This document shows positions 26,258 through 32,000 of a stretch of DNA of 32,000 bases, piece after piece. The notes beneath the pieces were generated by a model. The model ran no database searches, was not told where the DNA came from, and saw nothing but the letters and a program-made list of their open reading frames with translations. Within the stretch, counting starts at the first letter, position 1. Every line of letters starts with the position of its first letter. The translations under genes and the position numbers were made by a program. The stretch is from assembly GCF_900187875.1 (NCBI RefSeq), contig NZ_FYEX01000001.1, forward strand, positions 502,614-534,613, written 5' to 3'. The stretch comes from Polynucleobacter victoriensis (GTDB lineage Bacteria; Pseudomonadota; Gammaproteobacteria; Burkholderiales; Burkholderiaceae).

Positions 26258-26509
26258 AACGTTCGATCCGCAGATCTTCAAGAGGACCAAGTGGTGGTGT
26301 CGATGCGCAGGATTGCCGATGTCTGGAAGCAGTTGTTCCCGGCAGAGCAACAACGCATTGCGCAGTTGCTCATCGAACGCGTGGACTTCAGGGACGGTAG
26401 CCTGGACATCCACTGGCGTGAAGATGGTTGGATCTGGCTTGACCCAAGCATCGTGGCGCACCCCTATGTGGAAGAAGCCAAAGAGTATGCAGAGGAGGTG
26501 ATGGCATGA
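26258..26509 (+). pseudogene. 3' remnant of a large serine recombinase gene
   Basis: Open frame without a credible start, encoding ...VWKQLFPAEQQRIAQLLIERVDFRDGSLDIHWREDGW.... I recognise this as the C-terminal tail of large serine recombinases. The upstream roughly 1.4 kb expected for such a gene is absent, and GC composition changes at this point. Confidence 0.6.
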
Positions 26510-26582
26510 CGAGCGAGGCATATCAAGGCAATCCAAGGTTGTGCAATGTGCGCATTGAAGTGGGGGGGCGGCGCGGCAAATC

Positions 26583-26975
26583 ATGGATGGCACGCAACGT
26601 GTGACGATGGTCCCGCTGACGATCCGTCGCAAACAAAACCGCAAGCTCTTGACCCCACCGTCGGGCTCCAGTGCGAACGTCATGTCAGGCGGCATGGACA
26701 TTCCGATGATCAAAACGCTGGGCAAGGCGTTTTATTGGCAGCGCTTGCTTGATGAGGGCAAGTACGCCACGGCGAAAGATCTGGCTCGTTCATTCAAGCT
26801 AGAGCCCGGTTCGGTTGCGGAGGTCCTGCGCATGACGCATCTGGCACCCGACATCATTGAAGCCATCCTGGATGGTTCCCAGCCACGGCATCTGAATCTG
26901 CAGACGATCCGTGGGCGTCATGAGCCCCTGCCACGCGATTGGGAAGATCAGAAAAAGATGCTTGCCTTTGTGTGA
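26583..26975 (+). CDS. small conserved protein usually found downstream of large serine recombinases (HTH-like)
   Basis: 130 aa. RRKQNRKLLTPPSG ... FYWQRLLDEGKYATAKDLA ... VAEVLRMTHLAPDIIEAILDGSQP. A GTG at 26541 is an alternative start. Confidence 0.55.
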   Translation: MDGTQRVTMVPLTIRRKQNRKLLTPPSGSSANVMSGGMDIPMIKTLGKAFYWQRLLDEGKYATAKDLARSFKLEPGSVAEVLRMTHLAPDIIEAILDGSQPRHLNLQTIRGRHEPLPRDWEDQKKMLAFV

Positions 26976-27163
26976 TTTGGTTCAGCTTGATTTGACTGCA
27001 GGCCAAAAGCAGTCATCGGCGTGAACGCACCGGAGGTCCGGTCTAGGCTGAAACCGACACCAGAAAGCCACCCCGTGCACTGGCTTGTGATCTGAGTCAC
27101 CAGGCCACGCCCACGCGGTGCTGCTGAGTGTCAATCAACAGAATGGCCAGGTCCTGGTAGTTC

Positions 27164-29404
27164 TCACTTGGCTGCCTTGAGTAGGCGCAGTCCATTGAAC
27201 ACCACCAGCAAGCTTGCCCCCATGTCTGCAAAGACGGCCATCCACATGGAGGCATCGTCAAACACAGCCAGGAGCAGAAAAATCAGCTTGATGCCCAAGG
27301 CAAGGCTGATGTTTTGCCAAAGGATGGCATGGGTCTTCTGGGATAGTCGAATGGTTTCTGACAAACGACGCAGATCGTCGTTCATGACCACGACATCTGC
27401 TGCCTCCATGGCCGTGTGAGTACCCGCAGCGCCCATCGCAAAGCCAATGTTCGCCTTTGCAAGTGCCGGGGCATCATTGATTCCATCGCCCGTCATGGCT
27501 GTCACACCGTATCGTCCTTCGAACTCCTCAATGGCCTTGAGCTTGTCCTCTGGCAGCAGGTTGCCTCTGACCTCTGAAATGCCTGCCTCGTGCCCGACCG
27601 TACGCGCCGTTGCATCGTTATCACCAGTCAGCATGATAGGAACGACCCCTAACGCCTTCATCTCCGCGATTGCCTCTATCGATGATGGCTTGATCGTGTC
27701 CGCCACTGCAAAGAGGGCTATGACCCGGTCGCGATTGGCCAAAATGGTCACGGTTCTGCCGACTTTTTCATGGACAGCGAGGCGTGCCTCCAATTGCAAA
27801 GAACATTGGCCACGCTCCTCGATCCAGCGGTGATTCGCCAAGATGTAGGGGTGCCCATCGATGGCCCCCTGAACGCCACGGCCCGCAACCGCTTCAAACG
27901 CTTTAACCTCGCGTGGTTGAAGCGCCAGGCCTTGAGCAATCGCCTTCGAGACGGGGTGATCCGAGCGCGCAGCCAAGCTTTTTGCGAGCAGCTCTATACG
28001 TTGTTCAGGCTCATCAGTCGCGATGGTCTCGAATGCAACCAATTTGGGCTTGCCTTCGGTGATGGTGCCGGTTTTGTCCAAGGCGACGGCTTTGATCTTT
28101 CGAGCTTCCTCAAGGTAGACGCCACCCTTGATCAAAATGCCCCGTCGTGCAGCTGCTGCCAGACCACTCACTACCGAGACAGGAGTGGATATGACCAAGG
28201 CGCAAGGGCAGGCAATCACGAGCAAGACCAATGCTTTGTAGACCGCTTGCAGCCATGTAAGTCCTGCCAACCAAGGCATCAGCAGGGCAACAAGTAGCGC
28301 GAGAGCAAAAACGGCTGGCGTGTAAATGGCGGCGAACTGGTCTACGAAACGCTGCGTCGGTGCGCGAGTGGCCTGAGCCTCTTCGACGGCTTTGATGATC
28401 CGACTGAGCGTGCTGTCTGAGGCGGGCGATATGACCCGAATCTCCATGGCAGACGCCTGGTTGATGGTTCCTGCATAGACCTCGTCACCCGGTTCCTTGT
28501 CTACTGGCAAGCTTTCTCCTGTCAAGGGTGACTGGTCCACCGCGCTCTGGCCCACCAACACGGTTCCATCCAGAGGAATACGCTCACCCGGAGCAATTCG
28601 CACTACTGAGTTCAAGGCAACGGACTTGACGCTCATGCGAATCCAACTGCCGTCCTCCTGACGTACTTCGGCTTGTTCGGGTGACAAGGCGAGAAGACTT
28701 TTGATGGCGCCTCGCGCACGATCGACCGCGCGCGCTTCGATGGCTTCTGCAATGGCATAGAGCGCCATCACCATGGCAGCCTCAGGCCACTGGCCGATCA
28801 AAAAGGCACCTGTGACGGCTACTGCCATGAGGGCGTTGATGTTCAATCGTCCCTGCCGCAGCGCAGCCAGACCCTTTCCGTAGACTCCGAAGCCTGAAAG
28901 GAAGATGGCCCCCAATGCGATGCCCATGCCTAGGGCTTTGATCCAAGTCGTCGCAGGGAATGCGTACGCGATCGACTCGGCTGCCAACGCCAAGCCGAGC
29001 GCGGTCAGAAGTTTTCCCCAAGCCTGCCAAAAGGTCGGAGCTTCTGAGTACGCTCCCAAAGTTGTGTGGACCTTTTCTTCGATTGGCTCAGGCTTAAAGC
29101 CTGCCATTCGAATCGCCTTCAGTGCATCGGGTATGGCGGTGCTGCTCCCAGAAATGGTCAGTACCCGTGCCCCCAGATCGAATCGCAGCGCATCAATTCC
29201 CGGGATCCCATCGACCGCTCGCCGGATCTCGGACTCCTCTGAGGCGCAGTCCATGTTGGAAATTCGGAACTTTTTTTGTGGCTGGTCTGAGTGTTTAGCC
29301 TGCATGTCTTGCTCAGATTGCGCCATGGACGCGCAAGCTGATACAGAGCAGCAGTTCTCAGTCTGTGGTGGCTGTGACTTTGTGCATTCGCAACATGAAT
29401 TCAT
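27164..29404 (-). CDS. cadA: Cd2+/Zn2+/Pb2+-translocating P1B-type ATPase
   Basis: 746 aa. HMA-like domain with MDCASEE, TM6 CPC (IACPCALVISTP), DKTGTIT, TGDN and GDGINDAPAL. Cys-rich N-terminal extension. Confidence 0.9.
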   Translation of the reverse strand: MNSCCECTKSQPPQTENCCSVSACASMAQSEQDMQAKHSDQPQKKFRISNMDCASEESEIRRAVDGIPGIDALRFDLGARVLTISGSSTAIPDALKAIRMAGFKPEPIEEKVHTTLGAYSEAPTFWQAWGKLLTALGLALAAESIAYAFPATTWIKALGMGIALGAIFLSGFGVYGKGLAALRQGRLNINALMAVAVTGAFLIGQWPEAAMVMALYAIAEAIEARAVDRARGAIKSLLALSPEQAEVRQEDGSWIRMSVKSVALNSVVRIAPGERIPLDGTVLVGQSAVDQSPLTGESLPVDKEPGDEVYAGTINQASAMEIRVISPASDSTLSRIIKAVEEAQATRAPTQRFVDQFAAIYTPAVFALALLVALLMPWLAGLTWLQAVYKALVLLVIACPCALVISTPVSVVSGLAAAARRGILIKGGVYLEEARKIKAVALDKTGTITEGKPKLVAFETIATDEPEQRIELLAKSLAARSDHPVSKAIAQGLALQPREVKAFEAVAGRGVQGAIDGHPYILANHRWIEERGQCSLQLEARLAVHEKVGRTVTILANRDRVIALFAVADTIKPSSIEAIAEMKALGVVPIMLTGDNDATARTVGHEAGISEVRGNLLPEDKLKAIEEFEGRYGVTAMTGDGINDAPALAKANIGFAMGAAGTHTAMEAADVVVMNDDLRRLSETIRLSQKTHAILWQNISLALGIKLIFLLLAVFDDASMWMAVFADMGASLLVVFNGLRLLKAAK

Positions 29405-29420
29405 GATTTCTTCCCCTTTG

Positions 29421-29460
29421 GATGTATTAGAAACCCTGTAGCCACTTCAATGTCAAGAAG
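29421..29460 (-). promoter_or_regulatory. MerR-type promoter/operator candidate for cadA (divergent from cadR)
   Basis: Read on the minus strand: TTGACA, then a 19-nt spacer TTGAAGTGGCTACAGGGTT, then TCTAAT. The spacer carries an imperfect dyad (6/9). The over-long spacer is typical of MerR-regulated promoters. Confidence 0.5.
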
Positions 29461-29493
29461 CTAAAATGGCTCTGATTGCCGATGGAGGATTCA

Positions 29494-29943
29494 ATGAGGA
29501 TTGGCGAACTCGCTAAGGCCACCGACACTCAGGTGGAGACCATTCGCTACTACGAGCGTGAAGCTTTATTGCCGCAGCCAGGACGGACTGAGGGCAACTA
29601 CCGTGTCTATGGACCTGAACATGTTGAACGACTTTCGTTCATCAGGTACTGCCGTGGCCTCGACATGGCTTTGGACGAGATCCGGGCGCTGTTGCGCATG
29701 AAAGATGACCCCCCGCACGACTGCTCCGACATCAATGCCCTGATTGATGAGCACATCAAACATGTGACTGTTCGAATCAAAGAGTTGAAAGTCTTGCAGA
29801 GGCTGCTTGTCGAATTGCGATCTGGTTGTGCTGGAAGTGGCTCCGTCAGTGAATGTGGTGTTCTCTCCGGAATTGCTCAGGCCTCCAAAGAGGCTGGACC
29901 GGTGGCCAAGCGGGGTGCCCGACATCTGCATGGGGCGCACTGA
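29494..29943 (+). CDS. cadR: MerR-family metal-responsive regulator (CadR/ZntR/PbrR-like)
   Basis: 149 aa from ATG 29494 (GGAGGA 4 nt upstream). MRIGELAKATDTQVETIRYYEREALLP HTH, a dimerisation helix, and C-terminal Cys residues (CAGSGSVSEC). Confidence 0.85.
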   Translation: MRIGELAKATDTQVETIRYYEREALLPQPGRTEGNYRVYGPEHVERLSFIRYCRGLDMALDEIRALLRMKDDPPHDCSDINALIDEHIKHVTVRIKELKVLQRLLVELRSGCAGSGSVSECGVLSGIAQASKEAGPVAKRGARHLHGAH

Positions 29944-30150
29944 TTTGCTATGAGCCTTGCTCCCCAGTGACGGCTTCGGACGAACTACGGCCAAGTGCTT
30001 TGGACTTACATCGTCAGCCTAGGTGGCGATGGCACACATCCCAGTCTTGAAGACTTTAAAGAAGAAGCTCTGACCCTTGCAGGCATTGATGGTCGTGGCG
30101 CCCTTGAGGATTTAGACGCCCATGTTCATATAGAGGTCTTGAAATAAATT

Positions 30151-30465
30151 ATGGCCAATAGTGCGCTACATGCGATTGCAATTGAAGAGGTCAGACATTC
30201 TGATCCAGACTTTCATAATGAATACTGCAAGCTAGTAGAAGGCATTACCAATAGAATTCGTGAAATAGCTCAAAGCCATCCCAATGAACTAGATTACACC
30301 AGCTTTACCGAATCTTTTGATAGAGCAAATCATGAGCCTTTCTTACAAGTAGTGATTGGCACCCATAAAAATGAACAATATCTTCATATCTATATTCACA
30401 AAGATAAGCATTTTGTAATTGGAAAGTCTGGCAGCGGGAAGCTACCCAATAGTAAGCGCTACTAA
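30151..30465 (+). CDS. hypothetical protein (104 aa)
   Basis: ORF with host-like AT-rich composition. No motif recognised. Confidence 0.4.
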   Translation: MANSALHAIAIEEVRHSDPDFHNEYCKLVEGITNRIREIAQSHPNELDYTSFTESFDRANHEPFLQVVIGTHKNEQYLHIYIHKDKHFVIGKSGSGKLPNSKRY

Positions 30466-30651
30466 TAATTTGATGTTTCGAATAACAGTGGTCATAACTG
30501 CTTTTTACCACCAAGCACCAGCAATAGAAATAAAATTGCCCAACAAGTGGGCTATTGAGATTCTTGGTAGCCCGGGTCGGAATCAAATTAGCTCTATCGA
30601 GGGTTGAAAGTTTGAAATCCGACCCTCAGATTCGAACTTTCCACCAAAAAG

Positions 30652-30674
30652 CAATCGCACAGTCAATCGCACAG
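30652..30674 (+). repeat. CAATCGCACAG x2 (12-bp spacing), candidate integrase arm-type sites, right end
   Basis: Copies at 30652-30662 and 30664-30674. The core CAATCGCAC is identical to the pair at 13703-13722. Confidence 0.6.
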
Positions 30675-30731
30675 TGACTTTTTAACTTCACAACTAATTG
30701 ATTTATATGAGGTTTTTAAGAGCCACGACTT

Positions 30732-30838
30732 CTTTTAATCCGTTGGTCGCGAGTTCGAGTCTCGCCCGACCCACCAAATCAAGGCTTTTGAGCCTTCGAA
30801 TACAAAAACCACTAAAGTGAGAACTTTAGTGGTTTTTT
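30732..30838 (+). repeat. direct repeat copy 3 (tRNA-Lys 3' 45 nt plus downstream terminator); attR-like
   Basis: Collinear with 7860-7967 at a constant offset of 22872. Differences: C>T in the loop of the AAGGCT/AGCCTT hairpin, and T6 instead of T7. Confidence 0.9.
30809..30838 (+). terminator. second copy of the tRNA-Lys terminator hairpin
   Basis: CCACTAAAGT-GAGA-ACTTTAGTGG followed by T6. Confidence 0.7.
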
Positions 30839-30937
30839 CTTCATATACCCCATCAAGTCTACGGAGCAAAAAGCTGGGCTGGCTAAATTTTCTGTCTGAA
30901 ATTATCAACATCTTGTAATGAATTAGAATCATCCATC

Positions 30938-32000
30938 ATGAATGATTCAGAAAAAAAACAATCCCTAGCTTTAGCAGAACATTACTTTCGAAGTAATAAC
31001 TATCAATTTGCCGAACATATCCTCAATACCATTATTAAGATTGATCCAAATAACTCAAAAGCAAACGAATTACTAGCTTACATCTACGGAAACAAGGGGG
31101 ATTCCAATACTTCCTATCAATTACTAGAAAAATCGTGCTCCAAAGAGGACTGCTCCCCTGAGGCACTTTATTATTTGGGTTCAGCCCAGTTAAAACTCAA
31201 TCTATACGAAAAGGCAGTCGGGTCTTTCAAACAATCTATTGAAAAAGCTGGTGTTTTTTTTGAAGCACTTCATGATTTAGCAACCACATACGGTCACTTA
31301 GGACAAACTCAAGAAGCACTCTCTTGCTACCTAGATTGTCTAAAACTTAATCAAAATTCTTACGAACTCTATTTCAATATCGCAAAATGTTTAGATGACC
31401 TAAAACGCCATCTTGAAGCACTCAATTACTACGATCGTGCTCTTCAACTTCAACCTACATTCACTCTAGCCTGGTACAACAAAGCTTTGACTCTATATGA
31501 TTTAAAGCGTTTCGAGGAAGCACTATTTCATTACGACAAAGCAATTCAACTACAACCCACTTTTGCAGAAGCATGGTCCAATAAAGGTGAAGCACTAAAA
31601 AATCTGAAGCGCTTCGATGAGGCACTATCTCACTACGATCAAGCCATTCAAATAAAACCTGATTTATTTGACTCATATTGGAATAAATCATTAGCTTTAC
31701 TCACAATAGGCAATTTTAGAGATGGATGGGACTTATATAGTTACAGATGGAAAAGAAATAATGCCGACAAATATCATCACAATAATATTAAAGAACTTGA
31801 ATCTCTAGATAACCTAACCAATAAAAACATTCTTGTTTGGCACGAACAAGGCTATGGTGACACCATTCAATTCTCTAGATACATTTCCAAACTCATTGAC
31901 TTGGGAGCAAATGTAACTTTTGAAGTACAGAAGTCACTTCAAAAATTAATGCAAGCAAACTTATCCTGTAACGTTATACACAAAACATCTGAAGAAAATA
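30938..32000 (+). CDS. TPR-repeat protein (partial; continues beyond the window)
   Basis: My hand translation from ATG 30938 stays open to the window end. It shows repeated 34-aa TPR units (A..Y...L...P....A....G) followed by WHEQGYGDTIQFSRY, as in TPR-glycosyltransferase fusion proteins. Not in the ORF track because no stop lies in the window. Confidence 0.7.
   Translation, partial: MNDSEKKQSLALAEHYFRSNNYQFAEHILNTIIKIDPNNSKANELLAYIYGNKGDSNTSYQLLEKSCSKEDCSPEALYYLGSAQLKLNLYEKAVGSFKQSIEKAGVFFEALHDLATTYGHLGQTQEALSCYLDCLKLNQNSYELYFNIAKCLDDLKRHLEALNYYDRALQLQPTFTLAWYNKALTLYDLKRFEEALFHYDKAIQLQPTFAEAWSNKGEALKNLKRFDEALSHYDQAIQIKPDLFDSYWNKSLALLTIGNFRDGWDLYSYRWKRNNADKYHHNNIKELESLDNLTNKNILVWHEQGYGDTIQFSRYISKLIDLGANVTFEVQKSLQKLMQANLSCNVIHKTSEEN

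Larger units (their letters stand above)
26258..30040. other. compositionally foreign high-GC block inside element 2
   Basis: A hand count of 27201-27260 gives 58% GC, against 35% for 20001-20060 in the adjacent operon. The block starts inside a truncated recombinase gene and ends shortly after cadR. Confidence 0.7.
13633..30776. mobile_element. integrated element 2 (about 17 kb), metal-resistance genomic island in tRNA-Lys
   Basis: Bounded by the repeats at 13588-13632 and 30732-30776, with an integrase just inside the left end. Paired CAATCGCAC motifs lie just inside both ends. No conjugation genes were seen. Confidence 0.75.

Noticed and set aside
26507-26582. Possible frameshift at the G7 run (26562-26568) joining an ATG at 26507 to the 26583 gene
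   Set aside because: The 26583 frame alone already contains the conserved RRK..RKLLTPPSG segment and is open back to 26511, with a GTG at 26541. No frameshift is needed.
25826-26725. 299-aa ORF as given in the track
   Set aside because: Its 5' two-thirds run antisense through the high-GC recombinase remnant and across the GC boundary. An internal ATG at 26161 yields a sensible signal-peptide protein, and only that 111-aa version is kept.
26291-26752. Overlapping ORFs 26313-26501 and 26546-26752 in the high-GC block
   Set aside because: High-GC DNA produces long spurious ORFs. These overlap frames with recognisable conserved sequence.
27168-29441. Multiple ORFs inside cadA: antisense 27168-27419, 27447-27833, 27770-28297 and 28905-29441; same-strand out-of-frame 27748-27939 and 28782-29030
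   Set aside because: Typical shadow ORFs of a GC-rich gene. cadA itself has all the P-type ATPase motifs.
29501-30050. ORFs 29501-29701, 29566-29994 (-) and 29853-30050 overlapping cadR
   Set aside because: They are out-of-frame or antisense to a clear MerR-family gene.
29971-30147. Start-less open frame ending in ...LEDFKEEALTLAGIDGRGALEDLDAHVHIEVLK, 3 nt before the 30151 gene
   Set aside because: Its only possible start is a GTG at 29995 without an RBS. It straddles the GC boundary and I recognise no family. It could be the 3' remnant of a gene cut by insertion of the high-GC block, but I could not find the other half left of 26258.
30305-30932. ORFs 30305-30586 (-), 30419-30607 (+) and 30735-30932 (-)
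   Set aside because: The first two overlap each other, the 30151 gene and the tRNA-like relic. The third is read straight through the att repeat and terminator hairpin. None has an RBS.
31461-31691. 76-aa minus-strand ORF
   Set aside because: It is antisense to the TPR-repeat gene, which my hand translation keeps open from 30938 to the window end.
1-32000. Search for CRISPR arrays, rRNA genes and intact IS elements
   Set aside because: There is no regularly spaced 25-40-bp repeat array, no rRNA-like sequence and no transposase ORF with terminal inverted repeats. The only tandem repeat is the 2 x 12-mer at 13498-13521.

Overview
AT-rich (about 40-45% GC by eye) proteobacterial chromosome segment. 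The core protein sequences look betaproteobacterial, perhaps Burkholderiales or Polynucleobacter-like, but that is only a guess. Positions 1-7.8 kb hold ordinary core genes: the dnaE 5' end, gluQ, an rhlE-type DEAD-box helicase, a GlcG/DUF336-like gene, an ArsR + DUF2892 pair, azlCD, queG, tsaE and amiC. This block ends in a tRNA-Lys(UUU) gene at 7829-7904. From there to about 30.84 kb the DNA is accessory. The last 45 nt of the tRNA recur at 13588-13632 and 30732-30776, which delimits two elements integrated in tandem. Two tyrosine integrase genes diverge from the middle repeat. Element 1 (about 5.7 kb) carries a peroxiredoxin-like gene, a serine recombinase, a protein with the three motifs of rolling-circle (HUH) replication initiators, a ribbon-helix-helix gene, unknown cargo and its integrase. 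Element 2 (about 17 kb) carries its integrase and an unknown two-gene cassette, one product of which has an ADP-ribosyltransferase-like R / S-x-x-S-W-T / E-x-E pattern. It also carries a FimB/E-sized tyrosine recombinase, a roughly 0.95-kb ORF-free hairpin-dense region and three small plasmid/ICE-type conserved hypotheticals. Its main cargo is a tightly packed six-gene heavy-metal RND efflux operon with unusual accessory genes. Next to that operon is a compositionally foreign block (about 58% GC in a sampled stretch) containing a 5'-truncated serine recombinase, a small HTH-like gene and a divergent cadA/cadR (P1B-ATPase/MerR) pair. Chromosomal sequence resumes with a TPR-protein gene at 30938. 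No CRISPR array, rRNA gene or intact IS element was seen. All family assignments come from motif recognition by eye, and nothing was searched against a database.
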